A stretch of 61,012 bases of DNA, the filler included, from Collodictyon triciliatum (taxonomy: Eukaryota), in NCBI GenBank assembly GCA_043381765.1. It is 3 parts of 3 records of this genome, joined end to end, with 100 filler letters (N's around TTAATTAATTAA, not from the genome) between each part and the next. Parts side by side here need not be neighbours in the genome. Positions count along the whole stretch, not along the records: positions 1 to 24,925 come from JBHJMP010001064.1; 2 more parts are not named here. One strand, written 5' to 3'. The notes beneath the pieces are model-generated. The model had not been told where the DNA came from, did not search any database, and saw nothing but the letters and a program-made list of their open reading frames with translations. Shown piece by piece: positions 1 to 10,845 of this stretch; the stretch's first letter is position 1, and each line of letters starts with the position of its first letter. The position numbers and the translations under genes were made by a program.

Positions 1-205
1 TTTGTTTTTTGTTTTGTTTGTTTTTTGTTTTGTTTGTTTGTTTGTTTGTTTTGTTTGTTTGTTTGTTTGTTTGTTTGTTTTGTTTGTTTTTTGTTTTGTT
101 TGTTTTTTGTTTTGTTTGTTTTTTGTTTTGTTTGTTTGTTTGTTTGTTTTGTTTGTTTGTTTGTTTGTTTGTTTGTTTGTTTGTTTGTTTGCTTGCTTGT
201 TTCTT
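1..205. repeat. (TTTG)n / T-rich microsatellite
   Basis: Direct reading; the F/V/C/L-rich ORFs here are repeat artefacts. Confidence 0.95.
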
Positions 206-1694
206 GTTTTAAAAAACCAAGCGACTAATAGGTTGTGGTGAAGTCAACTTTCAAATATGTCGCCGTTGATGCTATGTGTTACCTTTATCGCCTCGTTCTA
301 ATGGTGCTTTTGTTGCAGGCTTCTTCGGGCTGACTGGTTGTTCTATTGCTATTTTGCATATACAAGCGAAGAAAAAAAGGATAGAAAGAAAAAGTTCAGA
401 CCGAGGTGGATCGGGGAGTAACCCGGACTGAAGCGACACAAAGTAACGACGACGTATATGATCTGCAACCAAAGGGAAAAAAACCTTGTTCTAGTGACTC
501 AAACAGCAAGGAAAGCTCGGCATCCATTTCAGTATCGGGTCTTTGTCTCGGTAGAATACGAATCCTATGTCAGAGAATCTGCCTCAACTATACAAGCATC
601 AAAAGAGAGATCGAGAGATTGAAAGAGAGAGAGAGAGAACCCCCCTAATGAGTCTGGCATTTCTCAGTGCAGTCAGCTCACAAGCCTGTCCTGCATGACA
701 ACTGCCTTGCCTTACGACCTTTTCTTCAGCCTCCAACTGTCTTCGGCTGAAGACTATTTCTGCCTCTCCCACCACGCCCGTTGCCCTTCTGGCTTGTGAT
801 CCATGAGTCACAATGCACCCAGTCACCGAACAGCTTGTTTGATTGATCGAGGGCGTACCTCACAAGACTCTGGGGTTTGTGGTAGACAGAGGCGCCAATG
901 TCTCTTCGGCCTCGCAGAGGCTTAACCCTGGTGGAAGGGGTTTTCTTTTTATTTATTTTTTTATCTCCTCCTACCCCTTTTGATTCGAAGAGCGCTGCCT
1001 GGCGGCCGGAGTGCGCCTCCCACTCAACTATATCCGAGATAAGATATCCTGGTGACCCCAACCGAGAGAGCTCCGTGGCGCAGTCAGGCCATAACCTAAA
1101 ATCCCCCTCCATCCCCTTCACAGTCTTGCTCTTGTTCTTATCCATCTTCTGACTGTATCACATCTCGTGCGTGTCGCAATAGTTCCGTCGCCCGGCGTGT
1201 TATCTTTAGAGGAATGTTAATAGTCATTAAAAAAAAAAAAAGAAATCCTCCCCTTATTTAATGTGGGGTCATCTCAAAGGCTACGTGCGGCCAGATGTTT
1301 TTCTATTTCTCTCTCTCTCCCCCTCTTTCCACTCTCGCATTCCCGCTTCTTTCTATGACTGGCCCATCCCGCCGTCACAACTCGCACCACCCCGACCCGC
1401 TGTCAGCCATCATGTCCATAAACTCATCCTCTTCACGTTGCTGCTGACGTGTGCGTATCTTTGTCCGCACAAGGCCAAGCAAAGCAAAGCTCAAGAGAAA
1501 AGAGATTGGCACCAGGACAAGGACAGCAGGGAGGAAGGTTTTTTTGCGAGTGTTGTGGTGGTGGGGGGAGAAAGAAGAGAAAGAGATGCAGAGAAGAAAG
1601 GCACCCTCAATCCTGGCACACATCCGTCCATCATGAATCAATAGATTCTTCAGCACACAAACCTTTGCTACTACAAAAGTTACTGTGGCAACTA

Positions 1695-2690
1695 AATTGA
1701 TGTTTGGGATGATTTATAAATCCACCGAGACTTTTTTAAGGAAAAGTTGAAATCTGTGTCTCGGCGGTCTGTGTCAGTGGCGAGGGTGAAGTGTGTATAA
1801 GGGGATTGAGTGGGCAAGGGAAGGAGGGATGTTCGTGAGTAGTCTGTGTGTATGGTGTCATTTGGGTGCCCATGGGATTTAAGCAAGGCTATGGCCTTTT
1901 TCCATTTTTTACTCAACATCTTTCTCTTTTTCCACTTCATTAGAACTGTAGGATAAGAAGGCCAAGTAGGCCGACATTATTCTGTCTTCAGTGAAAAAGG
2001 ATAGATGGGTGGAATCCCTCCCTCTCATTTGAGCAATGTCAGCCTCTTATCCAAGAGTAGTTTGGCTTTGAGAGGGAGAGGAGGAACAACACGATGGGAT
2101 TGACTTCTTTTTTTTTAAAAAAAAAAGGCGGGTAGTTTGTGCTTAGCGGACCAACAAAACATACTGTGTTGGAATCCGAGGCAACCCACAATCAATACCG
2201 CATTGGGTTTACGTTACAACCCCGGGTTTTTCTTCTCGTGTACCCATCCCAATTTCACAAGTGCCATTTTACATGATACCAGCGGCACTTGCGTGACCCA
2301 ACCCACGACTATCACAAGGATTCATTTTCTTGAGAGAGAAAAGAGTGTTAGTTAGGTGATGAAGATACAAATTATAAAATTCTGTATGTAGTATGCATCA
2401 AGTAGGTGAGTATAGATAGATATAGTATTTGAAAAGGAATTGTAAGGGATATATCATGTCAGACGTAGAGGTAAGGAAATGAAATCAAAGGGAACGACTG
2501 GGGACGTAGCAGAGCTCTCGCAGGAAGTAAAATATGAAATTTGGGTTAATCCAAGATGAATGCACGAAAGAGGCGACTTGAGGATGATGTAGGGCTGACG
2601 CAGATGCAGAAGATGATAAATGAATGATAGAGAACCAAATGAAACTGTGAGCTGAATTGGGACCACTGTGGAGTAATGCAGAAGTTGCTC
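1695..2690 (+). mobile_element. Highly decayed non-LTR retrotransposon reverse transcriptase fragments
   Basis: Stop- and frameshift-riddled RT-like peptides: IDVWDDL*IHRDFFKEKLK (~1696), MGFKQGYGLFPF/LLNIF (~1872, GxxQG..SPxLFNI-like), PLIQE*FGFERER (~2043, QFGFR-like), DDVGLTQMQKMINE...LNWDHCGVM (~2583-2678). Confidence 0.3.
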
Positions 2691-2949
2691 ACCAGTCTGC
2701 CTCTTTCTTTTTTTTCTTTTGATAGTCAATCTAATGGCACCTTTTGATAAGCAAATTTGGAGGATGCACTTTTGAATCCTATGCTGGGCGGTGTAGAGCT
2801 AATTATACCAGGTGCATGTAAGATGCTTATCCCAAACATGACTAGTAGGAGGTAAGAAAAAGTACTTTTTTTTTGTTTAGCAACATAGGTGGTCAATCTT
2901 AAGCTGAATTGTTACTCTCGGAGACAGGATGAAATGAAAATCAGATGAT

Positions 2950-3560
2950 TTCGTAGTAGCAGTAGCTTCGTTTTCGAAGAAAAGATTTTCTGTGAATATC
3001 TCCAAAAGACAGAACATCTTCGATTTGCGTTGATACCAGGAGGTTGGAAGTGTCGCTCTTGTCAGGATTTCTCGTCTGAGTGAGATTCAGGGATAGAAGT
3101 AGGTCTGCAGCGTATTTGAAAAAGTTGATGAGAAAGGACTCACGAGAAAGACATAGAAGCCACAAGATGGGTGCAGATGGTTCACAAGGTAAATAACGAA
3201 AGGCAAAGGTGCCCTCATCAGCCTGATACCAGTTCGGTCGGGTCATCAAGGAGACGAGAGCGCCCTTATCTAGGGTAGATTTGACTTGTGCTTCTGACAA
3301 TAGGAAGCTGGCGGCGTTTAGAGAACCGTAAGATAAGGTCTCCACCAAGCTGAAGGGTTAGGCGGAAGGGTGCTGATTATGCCCATCCTGGACGCACACA
3401 AGTGGGCCACGAGTGATGAGCAGGCGTTTGAAGCAGGACAGAAGCATCCCAAGTAACGCGGTGCTATATGATTTGTTTCCGTTCATATAGTCACGCACCC
3501 AACCATCCAAATTGACAACCAATAAGCCATAGAGAAACATCTGAATTGCCTCCTCCAACA
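2950..3560 (-). mobile_element. Decayed L1/Tx1-like LINE reverse transcriptase relic
   Basis: Collinear RT-like blocks across two ORFs: GWVRDYM...STALLG...F..ITRG, (V)RPGWA*SAPF/SLVETL, WYQADE (YADD position), FFKYAADLLLSLNLTQT (GLxLNxxKT-like). Confidence 0.4.
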
Positions 3561-3704
3561 AACACCCTTGCTAGTGCAAGAAAGAATTATGGAGAAAAAA
3601 AAAGGACTTGGAGAATATCCTTGGCCAGGAAGGGTGTCAGAAGCAGAAAGGCAAAGCATACACGAGCATGTATGCGCGTGCCGCCCACGAGGAGACGCCG
3701 GGAG

Positions 3705-5144
3705 CTATGCGTTGGTATGGACCACGGACTGGGCAGCAGCCACATGCGTGGAGTTGTGTTTGGACATAGCGGGGTCATTGTGGGGCACGGGCTGGTTGTG
3801 GTTGTGGTTGTGACTGTCGATTTCCAGTTGGCTGAAGGCTTTGTTGCGAGTGTGGCTGTGGTTGTGGCTTTGTGGCTGGGTTGGGGTGCGGGGCTTCTGG
3901 GGGGCGTTGAGGGGACCCTTTGGCGTGGCGATGAAGGCGGCGTACTTGCTGACCGGCTGCGGGCCGCGGGGGGAGGCGACGCCCTGTGCGGCAGAGAGCG
4001 TGTGGTCGCTGTGCTGCCGCTGCGGCGTGCGGGGAGGCGGGGCGTGCATGTGCGCCGGGGTGGAGTGCGTCCGCTGCAGCGCCTGTGGCTGTGGCTGTGG
4101 CTGCGGTGCCTTCTTTGTGGCGGGGGTGGTAGGGGCGGGGCGTGTCTGCGGCTCGGCGCAGTCAGAGTTGGACGAGCTGGAGGAGGTGCGGGAGTCGTAG
4201 TGCAGGTTGGCGGGGTCTGTCGACCGCTGTGGCTGTGGCTGTGGCTGCTTGCGCGATTGTGGTTGCGGCTGTGGCTGTGGCTGTGGCGTGAAGGGGGCAG
4301 ACTGGGTGCGCACGGGGGTGAAGGGGGCGGCGCCGAGGCTGGGGTCGGCGGAGACTGTGCGGGCCAGCGGGGAGGCGACTGCGGGCGTGGGCGTGGGTGT
4401 GGCTGTGGCTGTGGCAGTGGCAGCGGCAGCGGAGGCGGCGAGGCGGCGGCGGTGTGCGGCGACGCGGTCGGAGTCCGGGCGGAAGTGGGCCCAGTACTTT
4501 GAGACGACGGCGCAGGCGCGCCAGGGCGGCATGGACATGTCTGCGCTGGTGAAGCTCTGGATGATCTGGGAGGTCAGCTCGGCAACCATGCGGTGGCACT
4601 CGGCCTGGGTGCCGAGGAAGATGGTGGGCAGGCGCTGCAGGTACTCGGCATACGCGGGGGTCGGGCGGGCAATCTCAAAGAAGCCCTTGTAGAACGGGTC
4701 GATCAGCACGGCTCCCTCGCCGTCCTCGGCCGCCCCGCCGCCCGCCTCCTCGGCCCCCGCCACGCTCACAAAGTGGTGCTCCACCGGGCGGCTGGGCCCC
4801 GGGGCGGTGCGCATCAGCGTTGCGGCGTAGCCCTTGGCCTGCAGCCACACGGTCAGCCCCACCAGGATGCTGAGCTCGCTGACGGGCCCGCTGCCACCCC
4901 CGCACAGCCCCCCCGGCGCAGACGACAGGGTGATGAAGAACTCCTTGACGCGGCTGAACAGCTGGCTGCGCACGTCCCGCCCCTCCCCTGCCCCTGCCCC
5001 TGCCGCCTGCCCCAGTGTGCGCGGCTGCAGCCCCGGCGTCAGCGGCAGCGTGTGCGTCGTCCCTGCTCCCGTCTGGGCCGTGCTCTGCGTCCGCACCAGC
5101 CGCTGTGCCTGCGGCGTGCTTGGCGGCCCCGTCTGCTGCCACAT
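3705..5144 (-). CDS. DUF506 (PDDEXK-like, plant-type) domain protein with a long Pro/Gln/Thr-rich low-complexity tail; single exon
   Basis: 479-aa ORF containing VLIDPFYKGFFEIARPTPAYAEYLQRLPTIFLGT...MSMPPWR, matching the DUF506 signature (D..F...FEIARPT..Y...LP..FVG...PPWR). Confidence 0.8.
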   Translation of the reverse strand: MWQQTGPPSTPQAQRLVRTQSTAQTGAGTTHTLPLTPGLQPRTLGQAAGAGAGEGRDVRSQLFSRVKEFFITLSSAPGGLCGGGSGPVSELSILVGLTVWLQAKGYAATLMRTAPGPSRPVEHHFVSVAGAEEAGGGAAEDGEGAVLIDPFYKGFFEIARPTPAYAEYLQRLPTIFLGTQAECHRMVAELTSQIIQSFTSADMSMPPWRACAVVSKYWAHFRPDSDRVAAHRRRLAASAAAATATATATPTPTPAVASPLARTVSADPSLGAAPFTPVRTQSAPFTPQPQPQPQPQSRKQPQPQPQRSTDPANLHYDSRTSSSSSNSDCAEPQTRPAPTTPATKKAPQPQPQPQALQRTHSTPAHMHAPPPRTPQRQHSDHTLSAAQGVASPRGPQPVSKYAAFIATPKGPLNAPQKPRTPTQPQSHNHSHTRNKAFSQLEIDSHNHNHNQPVPHNDPAMSKHNSTHVAAAQSVVHTNA

Positions 5145-8100
5145 CCCGGTCCTCTCTCTCTCTGCTCTTGGTGTGTCCGGTGTTGCTGCGGGCGTCTCCC
5201 TTCTCGGGTGCGTCTCTCTGCTCTTGTGGAAGGTGGAAGGGTGGAAGGGTGGAAGGTTGGAAAGTTGGAAGAGTGGAAGGGTTAAACGTTTGGAGCCTGT
5301 GCGCGGCGGTGGGTTAGTGGAAGGGGGATTATTGCTTGCTCTCTTGGGTCTGGGTCTTGTGGGTTTGGCTCATAATCTGCTGTTTCATTGACGGTTGGGG
5401 CGTGGTGGCAGGCGGAACCGGGACCAGTGTTTGTGGGGCGGTGGTTGCTGCTGTCGTTGTCTGTGTGGGAGAGAGTGCTTGGTTGTTAGGTGAGAGGCTG
5501 GAAATGGCCGCGTTGTTTGGTGCAGTGTCTGTGGAGGCGGTGTCTTTTGTATGGTATGTGTGTGTATATATGAGTAGTGCTGCACTGCAGACCAGCGAAA
5601 CAGGCACAGGCGAAAGGGAAGCCTTATTTTATATAGTGCTGGTCAGTTGCATTTGTGCGGATGGCCGCATTCCTCTTTCAATTCCTTCTTAAATAAGTGC
5701 TTTTCTTCCATCTTTCTTTGCGGGAATTTGCTCGAACATCGTGAATAACAGCAGTTCTAGCTCTATTTGGTTTGTATGTTTGTTATCGAGACCTCTCGGT
5801 AGTGGTGCCCAAGATCGGGTGGAGATGGGTGAAGGGCGAAGAGTCGGAGAGAGGGGACAGGAGTGGTGACAACGGTAAGAAAGCTCTGCCCTCTGGGTTG
5901 AGTAGTCTGCTTCCCGTGTTCATATGTTGAGATGCTTATGTTCTGGGAATAGGGCGAGGTAAGAGCCCCGCTTGCAAAGGCACTCGTTCTTGTTTAAAAA
6001 AAAAAAGGAGAGGGGAGAGGAATTCGTGCGCGTTGAGTCTGCCTCCTTTTGCTGGGTAAGAGCTGTCGAGGGTCTGGGGTTTCTCGAGAGGTTGGACGAC
6101 TGAGATTAATGTGCGGTCTTCCTTGTTGAAGCGAAAGGCTCTAAGACTTTGAAGAGACTGCCTCGATCGAAGGCGGAAGCGACGTGTCTTTTCTCTACCT
6201 GGAGCCCTTGCCAGGCTGGGAGGGAGAGTGGACAGCTTTCTTTCGCTTTGAACTCTCATGCTTTGATTATTTCTTTCCAACAAGTCACCCACATCGCGGA
6301 AGGCTACCGGGTGGCAAGCAAGGCAAAGCAGGCAGAAAACGAGACAACAAGCATTGCGCCAGCCATAAAATGACCACATGGCCAATATACATTCTCTCGT
6401 CTCTTTCATAGGTTGCTTGTGTTTGTCCGTCGGTTACGAAATAGACACTAGCTTTAGATTTTCCAGTAATATACACATTCCTTCGAAATTCAGCCCGCAA
6501 TGGGTTTTGGCTGCATTCAACATATGTTCGAGCGAATTCCCCACAAGATTCATGGCTGCCACGTATACACATGCAAGTTTGCAATATATTTATATTCCGC
6601 GGCTCCCAAGGTCTGTTCCTGAAAATTATAGGGTGTGATTGTCTCTGTCTATGCACCTGCATCCTGCCATCATTTGCCCTGCACCACGGGATTTACAATA
6701 TTCCCTGATTTTTAATAGGTTTGGTGCAAATGTATATTTTCTTTGAATCTCTAAACAGAATGTCTTTATTTGTTGATTTTTAATGAAAACTATTCGTTCA
6801 TTTCTCGGAAAGTCCTTTTCATTTATTCTCCATTTGTGGATTATATATAAAATATTAAAATATTTGTCAAATCGATGTATAATTATTAATATATTATGGA
6901 TATTTACTGTAATTATATATTAATAAGTTGATTGATATGAATCAGCAGAAATGCGCGTGTGAGGTTGCAAGCTTAGTTGCGCCCATACCGTAACACAATG
7001 CCGCTACATATGCCCTTTTAATCAATCTTATCCACATTTGGCACAATATTATATGCACCACTTTAATCGAAATTACACATAAATGGTATAATATTAAAAT
7101 ATCCACATTTGGTAAAGTATAGTGCTAATCGGGTTTGGGCTGTCTGCAACAAAGAAACAAAACAGAACAAAAAAGCAACTCGCGAAGCAAATGGAGGCCG
7201 GATGTTGAAGAATTTCCATTAATCGTCACAAGGTTTCCCTAAAACTATGCGGTGGTATGGTTCGGCGCGGTTGTGATAACATATTTTGTTTGGCAATGGC
7301 ATCGGCAAATTCTGATCGTGTACCGCAGCGCTGCTGTCTTTTGAACAAATCTCTTCGCTTTGTCTTTTTTTTTTTTTTTACTTTTTTTATTTTTTTATTT
7401 TTTATTTTGCTTCGTCTTCCTGCCCTCTATTTACCCGACCCTGTGAGAGGATACATGCGGAAAGAAGCCGAGAAAGAGACAAAACCTCGTCTTGCCTGTA
7501 TCATGCCAGCACAATACCCTGGATATAGAACAAAGCGCAGGGTGCAATACCGGACTACCGACTACTTCACCACCACCTGGCCGTCAAGTAGCGCCCATAC
7601 AAGCAAAGGCTAGCAGCCAAGGCCAAAACCTCCACTATTTTGCACAAATTAACAGGAAATTAAGGGATTATATTTCTACAACACACCAAACATGATGAAA
7701 TATGCACAGGAGAATGAGTCGCTTCTCAACAGAGCAAAGTCGTGTTTACAAATATGTTATGAATTCTGACATAAAAAGCCATACCTACTATCTTGTACAA
7801 ATTGAGAATAAAAAAAAAGAAGAGATACAAGTTTTCTTGCCAGATTTGCTCATATAGGGATACACAGTACCAAGATGCTGAGACCAGGGTGGCGTAAATA
7901 TAGCAGAGAGCGCAAATAATTTGTTGCTTTCTAATCAAGGCATTCAGCTTCTTACACTCCGCGGCATCATTTTTATTATTAGTACGGCATATCATAACAT
8001 CACACAAAGAAAAAAACAATATCAACTTTTGGTTGGCTAAAGGAGTCATTCTTGCCCCACGGAATCGGAGCTCATTGCACCAACAACTTGAATTGAGATA

Positions 8101-8176
8101 AAATACGATCTCATTTGATTACCTGAAAATCATTTGATTCCAATATTTACCTCTAACATTCTACGATGTTTCCTGT

Positions 8177-8688
8177 NNNNNNNNNNNNNNNNNNNNNNNN
8201 NNNNNNNNNNNNNNNNNNNNNNNNNNNNNNNNNNNNNNNNNNNNNNNNNNNNNNNNNNNNNNNNNNNNNNNNNNNNNNNNNNNNNNNNNNNNNNNNNNNN
8301 NNNNNNNNNNNNNNNNNNNNNNNNNNNNNNNNNNNNNNNNNNNNNNNNNNNNNNNNNNNNNNNNNNNNNNNNNNNNNNNNNNNNNNNNNNNNNNNNNNNN
8401 NNNNNNNNNNNNNNNNNNNNNNNNNNNNNNNNNNNNNNNNNNNNNNNNNNNNNNNNNNNNNNNNNNNNNNNNNNNNNNNNNNNNNNNNNNNNNNNNNNNN
8501 NNNNNNNNNNNNNNNNNNNNNNNNNNNNNNNNNNNNNNNNNNNNNNNNNNNNNNNNNNNNNNNNNNNNNNNNNNNNNNNNNNNNNNNNNNNNNNNNNNNN
8601 NNNNNNNNNNNNNNNNNNNNNNNNNNNNNNNNNNNNNNNNNNNNNNNNNNNNNNNNNNNNNNNNNNNNNNNNNNNNNNNNNNNNNNNN
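8177..8688. other. Assembly gap (512 N), probably hiding the 5' end of the thioredoxin reductase gene
   Basis: Run of N. Confidence 0.99.
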
Positions 8689-10590
8689 GCTCGCGTGGCT
8701 GTATTTGACTATGTGCACCCGTCCACACAAGGCTCGCGCTGGGGATTGGGCGGCACTTGCGTGAACGTGGGCTGCATTCCAAAGAAGCTGATGCATCATG
8801 CGGCGCTCTATCGCAGGGAAACCCACGACAGCCCCGCCTTTGGCTGGAGCGCAAAGGGCTCTGCTGCCCCGACAGACGAGAGTCATGAACATGGCATCGA
8901 CTTGCAGCATGACTGGCTTGCCCTTGTCCAGAACGTTCAGAACCACATAAAGTCTCTCAACTTTCAATACCGTACACAGCTTCAAACGAAAGGCATTGAC
9001 CTCCACACCAGGGCGCCAGCTCATCTGTTACCTCGGAACGGCAAGTCTTTTCTTCTCTCTCTCTCTCTTTTTAAAAACAACAACAACAACCCCATTGTTT
9101 CGGTTATGCTATTTTGTTTTATTCTTCAAATGTGATTATTTCCATTCTCTTCGTTGTTCATGAATGCCTTTGTTTTGCTATGTGAATGTATCGATGTGTT
9201 CTTTTTTTTTTTTTGCGTTACTTTATTAGTTCGACGAATTAACAAAAACATTTATGTTCTGATCCATAAAATACAAATTGTTTACATTTCTGATCTTTGT
9301 GTTCATATATGACGGATACTTTATTTAAGCCTTTGGTTTATTTATATATGGATATGAACACTTCAAACCTGTATGCCCTACTAATACACGACGATATCTT
9401 TTCTACTAGACTTATCACAGCCGTGGTTGATTGAATGCGGTTCGGTTCCACCTGTTGCTGCAAGGAATGTTCTCATCGCAACCGGTGGGCGACCAAACAT
9501 TCCATCCGATATCCCTGGTGCACTGGAGTTTGGAATCACATCAGACGATCTTTTCTCACGGCGCATTGTTCCTGGGCGCACCCTCTGCGTTGGTGCATCC
9601 TACATATCTCTTGAATGCGCGGGTATATTGCATGGTCTTGGTTACCCTGTCCATGTCGCCGTGAGATCCAAGGTTCTTCGTGGTTTTGATCGTCAATGTG
9701 CTGACTTTGTCGCACAGCTCATGGACGAGGAAGGTGTCGACTTTTTATGGCATACAACCCCACACAAAATAGAAAAGACACCTTCTGGTTCCTTGCTGGT
9801 TACTCTGAGTGAAGCTAATCCAGAAATTGTTAAAGAATCAAAGACGAAGCAGGTGGAGTTTGATACTGTACTTTTTGCTACAGGAAGAAACCCTGATTTG
9901 CGGGCCGTAAAAAACCTCGCTCCATCCACGGCCATTGGATCTGCTTTAAAACTAAACACAGAGACTAAGCGCATGGAAGTGGATGCTTGGGGACAAACAT
10001 CCCTGTCAAATCTCTTTGCTGTTGGTGATATCGCCCACGGGTTTCCTGAACTTACTCCCGTCGCCATTCGGCAGGGTGAAATCCTGGCAGACAAACTATT
10101 TGGGCCTGCTGGAAGTGCCACGCCTCTTCAAAATGAGAATATTCCAACCACAATATTCACCCCTGTCGAATATGGCTGCATCGGCCTCAGCGAAGAAGCC
10201 GCGTATGTCAAATATGGACAAGACAACATAGAGGTATACTTGAGCCAATTCTCGGGGCTCCAACAGCAAGCAGCCCACCGCAAGAAACCCCTCAGTCGTC
10301 GAGCCGGTGAATGGGATGTCGATGCAACTCCGTCTTCCTTGGCCAAACTGGTGTGTCTCAAAAGTCAAGGGAATCGTGTGGTTGGGTTCCACTATGTTGG
10401 TCCAAATGCCGGGGAAATCACACAGGGATTTACTTTAGCCCTGCAACTAGGGGCGACCAAAAAGGACTTTGACAATTTGATGCCCATCCATCCAATCGAT
10501 GCCGAAGCTTTTGCTCAGCTTTCTGTAACACGCTCATCCGGATTAAGCTTCCTTGCCAAAGGTGGTTGTGGAGGCGGGAAGTGTGGATAA
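8689..10590 (+). CDS. trxR: High-Mr thioredoxin reductase, non-selenocysteine type with C-terminal CGGGKC; 5'-partial; exons 8689-9040 and 9410-10590
   Basis: WGLGGTCVNVGCIPKK redox motif, IATGGRP, VGASYISLECAG, ELTPVAI, GPNAGEITQG, HPIDAE, C-terminus AKGGCGGGKCG-TAA. Confidence 0.95.
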
Positions 10591-10845
10591 TAACTTTTTA
10601 TTCAAGACTGCGCAAGGTGTTCAGGTGTCACTGGTTCTATCTGAAATAAAGCTTATGGAAGTTTCAACAATATGCTTTCGTCATACCCATAAGAGATAGT
10701 TGAGGAATAAATAAATAAAGAATGCATTAAAATAAAACCGAAAAATATCCGTTGTAATAATCCCAAGAAAAATGTTCACAAAACGTATGATTCAAGTTGA
10801 AACATGTTTGTAAGATTGAGGCGTTTTTTATTTCACAAGATGTTT

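Noticed and set aside
2-241. Hydrophobic F/V/C/L ORFs, and similar K/E/R or poly-L/Y/I ORFs at 14.9, 16.7, 24.7, 29.3, 32.6 and 38.3 kb
   Set aside because: Translations of microsatellites
3546-5391. Long overlapping + strand ORFs (318, 230 and 185 aa)
   Set aside because: Antisense shadows of the GC-rich DUF506 gene; no motifs
5700-6410. Minus-strand 157-aa ORF containing FLSPLLF (RT-like)
   Set aside because: A single short motif running into a poly-T tract; no convincing QG or YADD in register
6400-8176. Possible exons or the TrxR 5' end upstream of the N gap
   Set aside because: No GxGxxG FAD motif and no coherent spliced frame found
10588-10700. Selenocysteine readthrough or SECIS after TrxR
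   Set aside because: The ORF ends in TAA TAA and the redox centre has two Cys; no in-frame TGA
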